From an uncultured archaeon (GTDB taxonomy: Archaea > Thermoplasmatota > Thermoplasmata > Thermoplasmatales > Thermoplasmataceae): 64,000 nucleotides of DNA. Both the position numbers and the translations under genes were made by a program. Where the stretch lies: NCBI GenBank assembly GCA_000965745.1, contig CP009479.1, positions 380,457 to 444,456 on the forward strand, read 5' to 3'. Below the pieces are notes generated by a model, which was not told where the DNA came from, did no database searches, and was given only the letters and a program-made list of their open reading frames with translations. Shown one piece after another: positions 17,850-26,146 of the stretch (position 1 is its first letter; every line of letters begins with the position of its first letter).

Positions 17850-18935
17850 ATGGCAATGAAAGATCCCTATGCATTCTTCGACACCAAGGTTAAGCAGAGG
17901 GCAAAGGAGACAAGCAACATAAAGAATGCCATCCTCTTTGACATGGACTACAAGCCAAACCAGATTCTAATCAGAAAGGAGCTCGACAAGGTAACAGATG
18001 ACTTAGCTGATTATGTGAACCTGCACCTGCCAAGGCACATAATCATATACGGTTCCAAGGGGTCAGGTAAGACGCTCAGCGCCTTGATTATGGCCAGGGC
18101 CCTGAAAGAGAGCAAATCTGTGCCATATTACTACATAAACGTGAGGGAGAACCCGACATCCATCAAGGCATACCGCTACCTCACGAGAGTATCAAGCCGT
18201 GGGCACGACATAGAGGAGGTCGAGAGGAGATTCGACCAGATGCTTGAGGGAAAGTCTATCGTAATACTGGATGAAGTGGACTTCCTGCAGGACTTTGACA
18301 TCCTATATCACGTCACGAGGCACACCAAGGCAAATCTTATACTGCTGACCCAGAAGGTCTACTGGTACAAGGACATGAATGATGAGAGCGTCAAGAGCTC
18401 GCTTCAGCCGGACCACATAGTATTCCACGAGTACAACGCCGAAGAAATGCGAGAGATCCTGAAGATGAGGGCCGAGGAGGGCCTTAATGGATTTGACAAG
18501 GATGCCTTGGGGCTTCTCTCTGCCATGCTGGTGAGGGAATACAGGAGCGATGCAAGAATTGGAATAAAGGCCCTGGAAATTCTCGGAAGGATAAACAAAT
18601 GGACTGATGAAGCTGTAAGAGCAGCACTGAGACAGGCGTATGTTGAAGTGGAAGGGGAAACCCTGAGGAACCTTGGAGACAGGGATTTAATCATTCTCGC
18701 CTCATTGATCAAGAATCAGGACACAAACAAGGCCTACGCAGAGGTGACCAATGTCAACAACTTCCTGGTAAAGGGAATGAGCAAGTCTACATTCTTCCAG
18801 AGTGTCAACTACTTGCAGAATCTTGGTCTTGTCACACTGATCAAGAAAAAGATTGGTCGATACTACACAATGGAGTCGCAAATTTTATTATCCGATGCGT
18901 CGATTGTATCTGTCGAGCTGAAAAAAAGACTTTAG
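17850..18935 (+). CDS. cdc6: Orc1/Cdc6 replication initiator
   Basis: Walker A GSKGSGKTL, Walker B VILDEVDFL, and a C-terminal winged helix (FFQSVNYLQNLGLVTLIKK). Start ATG 17850 (GTG 17823 also possible). Confidence 0.85.
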   Translation: MAMKDPYAFFDTKVKQRAKETSNIKNAILFDMDYKPNQILIRKELDKVTDDLADYVNLHLPRHIIIYGSKGSGKTLSALIMARALKESKSVPYYYINVRENPTSIKAYRYLTRVSSRGHDIEEVERRFDQMLEGKSIVILDEVDFLQDFDILYHVTRHTKANLILLTQKVYWYKDMNDESVKSSLQPDHIVFHEYNAEEMREILKMRAEEGLNGFDKDALGLLSAMLVREYRSDARIGIKALEILGRINKWTDEAVRAALRQAYVEVEGETLRNLGDRDLIILASLIKNQDTNKAYAEVTNVNNFLVKGMSKSTFFQSVNYLQNLGLVTLIKKKIGRYYTMESQILLSDASIVSVELKKRL

Positions 18936-18949
18936 TAACGTTCAATAAC

Positions 18950-21043
18950 ATGGTGTTTTATATGGTTGATTCTTTGATGGAAAAAGGTGACCAAACTCAA
19001 AGAGGTGGCAATGGGCAAAGGAGATCATTAATCGAGGAGTTGCCAAGAATAGTCGACAGAGGAAAGAAGGAGGCACAGAAAATTCTTGATGGGCTTTCTA
19101 AGTCCCAGAGAGTAACTCTTCAGACAAACGAATTGGTGCTGCCTACAAAGGCCATCGGAGGGCTGACCAAGTTTACGGGGCAGACTGTAAGGACGGAAGA
19201 TAACAGTGAATTTCTTAATCGACTCATATACGGTGATAATCTGTTTGCCATGCAGGCACTTTTAGCAGGCGATCCTGAAACAGGACTTCCGTCAATGAGA
19301 GGCAGGATCGACCTGATTTATATTGATCCGCCCTTTGACAGCAAGGCGGATTATAGGACAAAAATACATCTTCCTTCCGTAGACATTGAGCAAAAACCAT
19401 CGGTAATAGAACAATTCGCATACTCTGATACTTGGAAAGACGGGACAAAGTCTTATCTGGAGATGATCGCCCCCAGATTGGTTCTAATGAAAGAACTACT
19501 GAGTGAAAAGGGTTCAATCTACGTGCATATAGATTGGCATGTTGGACATTATGTAAAAGTAATAATGGACGATATCTTCCAAAAGGAAAATTTCATAAAT
19601 GAGGTTGTTTGGAAAAGAACAAGTGCTCATAGCGATTCTGGTAGATATGGAATCAATAGTGACTACATATTATTCTATACAAAAACTTCTGAAAGGATCT
19701 GGAATCAGCAATACGAACCATATTCAGAAGAATACCTTGCGAGGTTCAGAAATGTTGACCCTGATGGGCGTAAATGGCAGGACGGACCGATAACGGCTAA
19801 AGGATTACAGGGAGGTGGTTATTCCTATGAATATAAAGGGGCCTATGGCTACTGGAGGTGTCCTAAATCAACCATGGAAAGACTTGACAAGGAGAACCGG
19901 TTGTATTTCACCAAGAATGGTGGGATTAGGATAAAGAGGTATCTGGACGAAACTCCGGGAATACCTATGCAGACCATTTGGACGGACGTTTTTGCTGTCA
20001 ATTCTCAAGCTCATGAAAGGGTAGATTATGTTACCCAAAAGCCGGAATCATTGCTGGACAGAATAGTAAAAACATCATCTGATGAGGGTTCTATTATCGC
20101 AGATTTCTTTGCAGGTTCTGGAACATTAGGAGCAGTGGCAGAGAAACTTCGAAGAAAATGGATTATGTGCGATTTAGGTAGACCTGCAAGTATGATCTCT
20201 CGAAAACGTCTTATCGACCAGGATTCCGGACCATTCCTCTACCAAACTATTGGAGACTACCAGAAAGAACAGTTTGAAAGATCGCAATTCAGACGTATAG
20301 GAGACCTTGCCCATGTTGTGATCAACCTATACGGTGCGCTTCCATTTCCGATGCAAGAAGGTACCCCCACTAATCTTGGCTACATCAAACAGAGTAAGAC
20401 TTTGGTGTTTGTTGACTCTCCCACAAAAATCACTGGTTATGCTACTCTTAAAAGGGCCCAAGAGCTCAGAGCCTCCTTCATGGGAGGATGGAGCAGAATA
20501 GTTGTTCTGGGTTGGAACTTCGAAACGGATATTGGTAAAATCATAGACGGCATAAACGATGATAAGCTCGAAGTACTGGTGATTCCCCCAGACTTGTTGG
20601 AGAAGTTAAAACACAAGGCTGACTACGAGAAACTCATAAAAGAAGGGAGCGTAAGATTCAGTTCTTTACAATACCTTGCTGTCAGACCAGTTATCAAAAA
20701 ATTAGCAGATGACGACACGGAGGAGTTGACAATTGAACTTGAGAATTATGTTCTTCTTTCCCCAGATGCATTACCACTTGACAAGGCAGACAAGGACAAA
20801 CTCGAAAAGATCATAGAAGAGGATCCTTTGAGTCTCGTTGAATACTGGAGCATTGACCCAGAATATGATGGAGAGATGTTCAGGAGCAAATGGCAGGATT
20901 ACCGGGAAAACCATGAAGAGTCCGCTAAGGTGGACCGAAAGGTAAAACTCCTTGTCCCCAAGATTAATGGAAAAAGAAAGGTCTGCGTGAAAGCAGTTGA
21001 TGTATTCGGATTCGAGAGCGTGACCGTTAAAGAGGTATTTTGA
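18950..21043 (+). CDS. mod: Type III R-M DNA methyltransferase (Mod), beta-class N6A/N4C MTase
   Basis: Motif IV LIYIDPPFDS precedes motif I FFAGSGTLGAVA. Overlaps the res start by 4 nt. Confidence 0.85.
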   Translation: MVFYMVDSLMEKGDQTQRGGNGQRRSLIEELPRIVDRGKKEAQKILDGLSKSQRVTLQTNELVLPTKAIGGLTKFTGQTVRTEDNSEFLNRLIYGDNLFAMQALLAGDPETGLPSMRGRIDLIYIDPPFDSKADYRTKIHLPSVDIEQKPSVIEQFAYSDTWKDGTKSYLEMIAPRLVLMKELLSEKGSIYVHIDWHVGHYVKVIMDDIFQKENFINEVVWKRTSAHSDSGRYGINSDYILFYTKTSERIWNQQYEPYSEEYLARFRNVDPDGRKWQDGPITAKGLQGGGYSYEYKGAYGYWRCPKSTMERLDKENRLYFTKNGGIRIKRYLDETPGIPMQTIWTDVFAVNSQAHERVDYVTQKPESLLDRIVKTSSDEGSIIADFFAGSGTLGAVAEKLRRKWIMCDLGRPASMISRKRLIDQDSGPFLYQTIGDYQKEQFERSQFRRIGDLAHVVINLYGALPFPMQEGTPTNLGYIKQSKTLVFVDSPTKITGYATLKRAQELRASFMGGWSRIVVLGWNFETDIGKIIDGINDDKLEVLVIPPDLLEKLKHKADYEKLIKEGSVRFSSLQYLAVRPVIKKLADDDTEELTIELENYVLLSPDALPLDKADKDKLEKIIEEDPLSLVEYWSIDPEYDGEMFRSKWQDYRENHEESAKVDRKVKLLVPKINGKRKVCVKAVDVFGFESVTVKEVF

Positions 21044-23967
21044 TGGTAAATGTCAAGTCTCCCGGAACAAGAGATGTACCGCTAAAGCTTGCGAAGAGGA
21101 TTACCGAACAAGCAAACGAGTTGTGGAAATCTGGAGAATTTCTTGAGAAAGTCGCGCCAATAACTCAGGAACTGCTTAAGTTCTGGGACCCTGATGGAAT
21201 ATTTGCTGATGAAAGAAGCATAAACTTTCATGATGGGCAGTGGCAATCGATACTGAATGTAATCTATGTGCACGAGGTCCTGAAACTATCCAGCGTTGGT
21301 GAGCTGTATGCTCAAATTTACTCAGAACTGCTGGCGCAAATGAACATGGCAGATCTCAAACAGGATAAATACGAACATCCAAAATATTGTGTAAAGATGG
21401 CAACAGGAACCGGTAAGACTTGGGTTATGGATGCTTTACTCATATGGCAATACCTTAACTCAAAATACGATGAAAATGGAAGTGAGAGGTTCTCAAAGAA
21501 CTTCTTGTTAGTGGCTCCTGGTATCATAGTCTATGAAAGACTCCTGGACGCTTATCTGGGAAAGCGAAGAGAGGACGGTAATAGGGACTTTGATCAGTCC
21601 GATTTCTGGAGATTTCAGAAACTCTTCATTCCACCTGTCCACAAGGATGCAGTCTTTGGCTTTATCCAGAGTTGTGTTTCTCAAAAAGAGGAAATAGGAC
21701 GAAAAGTCACCGGAGAAGGGCTAATAGGAATCACAAACTGGCATCTTTTGGCAGAGGATGAGGAAGAAGATGAACTGGAGTCTGCACTAGATAGGCCAGA
21801 TATAGCAGTAAATGAACTGCTCCCCATTACTCCTGGTACTTCCCAGGGCCATTCCTTGGAGGAACTTGACAATCAGTATATGAGAGGCCGGGAACTCGAC
21901 TACTTATCAAGTCTTCAGGACCTTGTCGTATTCAATGACGAAGCTCACCATCTTGGCGAGATGAAGAGGGCGGATCAGGTTGTGGAGAAGAAATGGCAGG
22001 AAGCACTGGACAAAATTGCAGAGATCAAGAAGGATCGTTTCATGCAAGTGGATTTTTCAGCAACACCGTACATTGTCACTGGTAGTGGACAAAGCAGAGT
22101 CCAGAATCATTTCCCACACATAGTGTCCAACTTCGAACTCGTGGATGCAATAAAAGAAGGACTGGTCAAAACTGTCGCTATTGACAAGAGGAAGGAGTTC
22201 GGTTCAATTCCTCTTGAGGACCTTGAGTACAAAGCAGAGCGAGAGGGCAAACAGGTTGCGAGTCTCTCCGATGGGCAAAAACTCATGCTAAGAGCAGGTA
22301 TGCAGAAATTGAACATACTTGAGGAAGAATTTACAAAACTGGACTCGACAAAGTATCCTAAAATGCTAGTCGTCTGTGAAGATACCAAAGTGGGCCCTCT
22401 GGTTATCACATTCCTTCTGCAGGAAGGCTACTCAGAGGACGATGTAATGGAAATCCACTCCACAAGGAAAGGCGATGTGAGCGAGGCAGAGTGGAAAGTG
22501 ATTGAACAAAGACTCTTCGACATAGACCGTCATAAGAAGCCAAAGGTGATTGTTTCCGTTCTAATGCTCAGGGAAGGATTTGATGTTAACAATATATGTG
22601 TTATAGTGCCACTTAGGTCCGCCTCTTCTTACGTTCTATTGGAGCAGTTAATAGGGAGAGGTCTCAGATTAATGTGGCGTGGACCAGACTACGATGATAT
22701 AAGAGCAGAAAATCGTGAGAAACTTCTAGTAAAGAAGGAAGAGCCAGATAGCTATATTGACATTCTAAGTGTAGTAGAGCACCCTAACTTCATCGAATAT
22801 TATGAAAGAGTCCTTGCCGGAATGGTGGGCAAGGTCAGTGAAGAACCAACAAAGAATAGAGTCGTTGGCGACCTTATCAAGGTAGGTCTCAAACCTAACT
22901 ACAGAGACTATGACTTGTTCTGGATCATCATATTGCAGGACAAAGAGGAAGAACTCGCGGTGCCTGACCTATCCATAAATAAACTTGAGCCATTCCAGAT
23001 GAGACTTGAGGATTTGCGTTCACTGGTCGGGCGAAAAGGTGATACGTTTTACAGCGAGGAATTGACAGTAAAGACAACTTTTGGCGAATATACTGTTACA
23101 GCAGACATTTTCACTGCAAAAAGCTACAATTCATTTATCCAGAAAGTGGTGAACGCAGTGTCAGTTATCCATGTCAATGCAAGAGGCAGGAAATCAAGGG
23201 ATTTTCCAGTCATGCAGGTTAATTCTGCCCTTATTGCAAAGCTCACGGATGAATACATCAGACACAAACTATTCGGGCAGGAGTTTGATCCATTAGTGGA
23301 TAATAACTGGCGCGTACTTCTTGTGGCACAGCAGAACTTGATCAAGCACATTGTAAGTAACATTGCACAGGCTGTTTATGATTCCATGAAGAATCTCAAA
23401 GTAAACGAGGCCAAGATCGTGAAAAAGTACTTCTCCGAGGTGCCTGAAATTCGAATAAGGGAAACATATGCCTTGAGAGCTGCAAAGAACATTTACGAGA
23501 AGATAGCCTATCCTTCACATGCTGGTGGGTTTGAAAAGGACTTTATCGAATTCATAGATTCTGATTCCAAAGTCAAGGCATTTGTGAAGATAAACGAATA
23601 CTACAACGACTTTGCAAATATCATTTATGTCAGGGACGACGGTCTTCTTGCTCACTACTACCCGGACTTCATGATAAGGGCTTGTGATCACATCTATCTT
23701 GTAGAAACCAAATCTGAAAGAGACATGAGCAACCAGAATGTCAAAAACAAGAGGATCGCAGCCATTGACTGGGTGGATAAAATAAATGAGCTCCCTCCAG
23801 AGGAAAGAATGAATTGTGATTGGAGCTACGTGCTCCTTAGCCAGAACACTTTCGAAATGATGAAAAAGCAGGGCGCGAATACCTGTGAGATACTGGAATA
23901 CACCAAACTCACCAAGGCAAAGGTGAGAGGTACACTAGGAGACTACATGGGATTCAAGGACTATTGA
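21040..23967 (+). CDS. res: Type III restriction enzyme Res subunit (SF2 helicase + PD-(D/E)xK nuclease)
   Basis: MATGTGKTW (motif I), FNDEAHHLG (DEAH), LREGFDV..., C-terminal YYPDF...YLVETKSE nuclease motif. 975 aa. Confidence 0.85.
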   Translation: MMVNVKSPGTRDVPLKLAKRITEQANELWKSGEFLEKVAPITQELLKFWDPDGIFADERSINFHDGQWQSILNVIYVHEVLKLSSVGELYAQIYSELLAQMNMADLKQDKYEHPKYCVKMATGTGKTWVMDALLIWQYLNSKYDENGSERFSKNFLLVAPGIIVYERLLDAYLGKRREDGNRDFDQSDFWRFQKLFIPPVHKDAVFGFIQSCVSQKEEIGRKVTGEGLIGITNWHLLAEDEEEDELESALDRPDIAVNELLPITPGTSQGHSLEELDNQYMRGRELDYLSSLQDLVVFNDEAHHLGEMKRADQVVEKKWQEALDKIAEIKKDRFMQVDFSATPYIVTGSGQSRVQNHFPHIVSNFELVDAIKEGLVKTVAIDKRKEFGSIPLEDLEYKAEREGKQVASLSDGQKLMLRAGMQKLNILEEEFTKLDSTKYPKMLVVCEDTKVGPLVITFLLQEGYSEDDVMEIHSTRKGDVSEAEWKVIEQRLFDIDRHKKPKVIVSVLMLREGFDVNNICVIVPLRSASSYVLLEQLIGRGLRLMWRGPDYDDIRAENREKLLVKKEEPDSYIDILSVVEHPNFIEYYERVLAGMVGKVSEEPTKNRVVGDLIKVGLKPNYRDYDLFWIIILQDKEEELAVPDLSINKLEPFQMRLEDLRSLVGRKGDTFYSEELTVKTTFGEYTVTADIFTAKSYNSFIQKVVNAVSVIHVNARGRKSRDFPVMQVNSALIAKLTDEYIRHKLFGQEFDPLVDNNWRVLLVAQQNLIKHIVSNIAQAVYDSMKNLKVNEAKIVKKYFSEVPEIRIRETYALRAAKNIYEKIAYPSHAGGFEKDFIEFIDSDSKVKAFVKINEYYNDFANIIYVRDDGLLAHYYPDFMIRACDHIYLVETKSERDMSNQNVKNKRIAAIDWVDKINELPPEERMNCDWSYVLLSQNTFEMMKKQGANTCEILEYTKLTKAKVRGTLGDYMGFKDY

Positions 23968-23992
23968 CTCTTCTTACACTGACAACTTGTAC

Positions 23993-24157
23993 CTAAGCAG
24001 TACTCTTTGGAATGGTGTAGGAATTCTTCTCACCCACATAGGTATTGAAATTATTACCACACTCTGAGCATTTGTATCTTGAAACCTCATATACATTAAA
24101 CGCCCATTGTTTGAGAGGAGGATTCTTATTTTCCATGTTACAGACAGGGCACTTCAT
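23993..24157 (-). CDS. Zinc-ribbon protein, 54 aa, absent from the ORF track
   Basis: Hand translation: MKCPVCNMENKNPPLKQWAFNVYEVSRYKCSECGNNFNTYVGEKNSYTIPKSTA. Contains CPVC...CSEC. Lies downstream of the Phd-like gene on the same strand. Confidence 0.4.
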   Translation of the reverse strand: MKCPVCNMENKNPPLKQWAFNVYEVSRYKCSECGNNFNTYVGEKNSYTIPKSTA

Positions 24158-24183
24158 AACGAAATAGTAGAACTAACGCCGAC

Positions 24184-24366
24184 TTAAATTTGTTCCTGTA
24201 AAAACTCCCTTGCACTTCTGACCCCTTTCTTTATATCATCTTCACTTTTTCTTAATTGCTCCATCACACAATGGCTTTGAAGAGTTTCAATGGTAGCAAG
24301 AAGGCTATCCAGGTAGGATTTTGGTATGCTTATCAACCTGTCGTTGTGTTTTGCCATCAAGAACAA
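24184..24366 (-). CDS. Phd/YefM-like antitoxin fragment-like small protein
   Basis: C-terminal pattern LLATIETLQSHCVMEQLRKSEDDIKKG..SAREFL resembles the ETLEIL...DIKxG tail of Phd/YefM-type antitoxins. No RelE/YoeB-like partner was seen. Confidence 0.4.
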   Translation of the reverse strand: MFLMAKHNDRLISIPKSYLDSLLATIETLQSHCVMEQLRKSEDDIKKGVRSAREFLQEQI

Positions 24367-24393
24367 TAATACATATTCAGCTTTTAGTATCTA

Positions 24394-24870
24394 TTGGTAA
24401 GACTCCGGCTCAAATTCACCCCTAACCCCTCTTTGAGCCTCCGCCGATTACTATGTGCCCTTCGCTCGCCTGCACGCCGAGCACAGGACCCCATGCTTCG
24501 ACTCCAATCAAAATTCACCCCTAGCCCCTCTTTTGATTTACGTCTCGCACTCTTCTTCGAAGAGCCCCTCATTCGCCTTGCTCATTCAGGGTGGTGTCCT
24601 GTGCTCGCCGCTCGTGGTGTATGTGTGGTGTTAAACACCTTCGCTTCGCTTGGTGTTCCACACCACCCACCGCTAACGCTTACACCACTCGGTCTTGCTA
24701 CGCAAGACTTCCGGCTCGCTTCGGGCACATTATTCTCTCCTGCGGAGTGCAATTTTAGGGGAACAGGGGGAGGGGAATTTTTGACCGCACAATCTCGCTG
24801 CGCTCGGTGCGGGATAATATTAGGGGTTCTCGGTCCGTGCTCACTTCAACGATTCACAGATGGATAATAC
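24394..24870. other. GC-rich, repeat- and stem-rich non-coding island (candidate structured RNA or repeat element)
   Basis: Local G+C is clearly above the flanks. Two 36-nt direct repeats (24401, 24500), a G-rich partial complement (24756-24780), 12-bp perfect long-range complementarity (24478-24489 / 24596-24607) and several hairpins. The ORFs here translate to low-complexity strings. Confidence 0.45.
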
Positions 24871-24941
24871 AAAGCACTGCGACCAACCCTTTTGGGAAAA
24901 GGTAGACGAAAACAAAAATTATTAGAAAATAATGTAATAAC

Positions 24942-24990
24942 CACGTGACGAGGTTTGTATAACAAACCTGACAAACAGGTTTTATACAAG
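24942..24990. promoter_or_regulatory. Overlapping palindromes upstream of the DGQHR gene (operator candidate)
   Basis: CACGTG (24942-24947). AGGTTTGtataaCAAACCT (24951-24969). AAACCTGacaaaCAGGTTT (24964-24983). RBS-like aggtaggtga at 25004-25013. Confidence 0.35.
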
Positions 24991-25016
24991 AAACCAATTA
25001 AGAGGTAGGTGAAACA

Positions 25017-26129
25017 ATGAGACTTAGAGCACTTGAAATTAGTCAGAAGGATACCCAGTTCTACCTCTGCTCATTTAGAGCAAAAGATATCGTTGGTATC
25101 TATAAGGTAGATACATGGAGAACGGATAACAGGAATGGCTACCAGAGAGATGTTGTAATCAGTAGGGCAAGAGGGTTTGGAAGATTCATAAGAGATGGCG
25201 GTGTCTCGCCTTCTTCCATACTGCTAAATGTGAGAGAAAGTGGAGTTATATCTTACAAAGATGGTTATTTACAGATCCCAGACGAGACTCCATTATGGAT
25301 CGTAGATGGTCAGCACCGTGTCAAAGGGCTCAAAGAAATGATTGAAAATGATGGTCACATTGACATGGGAGAATTTGAATTCCCCGCAGTAATAATGAAT
25401 TACCAGAATCCTTATGAGGAGGCTAAGCAATTCGTCATCATTAACAGAACCGCAAAGGGTGTACGGTCTGATTTAGGTGAAAGATTCCTTCAAAGGGCTA
25501 TTGAAGAACAAGGTAAAATGAGTGTCATGGCCAGACAAGGGCTCCCTTCATCGATTCTTACCGGAGTAGAATGGAAAACAAGGGCTGTCAATATAACCGA
25601 CAGGATTAGCACCCTGGATACTTCTATATGGAAAGACCTGATTATATTTCCGAACGAGCCTAAAGGCGATAAACTGGTCAGTCAAAAAGCATTTTCAGAC
25701 TCACTGAGGCCAATTCTTAATGACCGACTATTTGAGAGACGTACAGACGATGAAATAACCCAGATTCTCATAAACTACTGGAATGCAGTCAAGGAAATTT
25801 GGCCCAGATGCTTCAGCGATCCAAGCTCTTACGTTCTTCAGAAGTACGCAGGGGTTTTTGCCGTTCACAAGTTGCTTCCAAAGGCAGCTCAGTTCTGCCC
25901 TACTAAAGGCGATAAAATTGTTCTTACTAAAGATTCTTTCCTGGTAATTTTTGAAAGACTTTCTCAGAAGGACTTGGGGGACGGCAAGAAGTTTGACGAG
26001 GAAATTTGGGCAAACAGAGGCAGATATGGAATGCTTGGTACAACAATGAAGTCCGTTTCCCTAATTACAGACGACCTGTCAGATGCGCTTGACAATTCTT
26101 TAGGATCGGGACAGGATATAGAACTGTAA
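25017..26129 (+). CDS. DGQHR-domain protein (DndB-like, ParB/Srx-fold)
   Basis: Literal WIVDGQHRVKGL motif and downstream QFVIINRTAKGV (FxxxN) motif, as in the DndB/DGQHR family. Confidence 0.8.
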   Translation: MRLRALEISQKDTQFYLCSFRAKDIVGIYKVDTWRTDNRNGYQRDVVISRARGFGRFIRDGGVSPSSILLNVRESGVISYKDGYLQIPDETPLWIVDGQHRVKGLKEMIENDGHIDMGEFEFPAVIMNYQNPYEEAKQFVIINRTAKGVRSDLGERFLQRAIEEQGKMSVMARQGLPSSILTGVEWKTRAVNITDRISTLDTSIWKDLIIFPNEPKGDKLVSQKAFSDSLRPILNDRLFERRTDDEITQILINYWNAVKEIWPRCFSDPSSYVLQKYAGVFAVHKLLPKAAQFCPTKGDKIVLTKDSFLVIFERLSQKDLGDGKKFDEEIWANRGRYGMLGTTMKSVSLITDDLSDALDNSLGSGQDIEL

Positions 26130-26146
26130 TTACCCCCTATTTCTAT

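Noticed and set aside
24418-24430. Telomere-like CCCCTAACCCC (and CCCCTAGCCCC at 24517-24529)
   Set aside because: Each occurrence is a single unit within a larger repeat. The resemblance to eukaryotic telomeric repeats is most likely coincidental. It is noted only as part of the C-run/G-run complementarity.
24401-24536. Possible mini-CRISPR array (36-nt direct repeats, 99-nt period)
   Set aside because: Only two repeat copies, the spacer is far longer than in CRISPR arrays, and there is no leader-like AT tract or cas genes in the window.
24384-24867. ORFs of 157 aa (+, 24394..24867) and 62 aa (-, 24384..24572) in the GC-rich island
   Set aside because: The translations are low-complexity R/L/P/S/G strings whose internal repeats (e.g. 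KEGLGVN twice) simply mirror the DNA repeats. There are no motifs and no plausible start context. I treat the region as non-coding.
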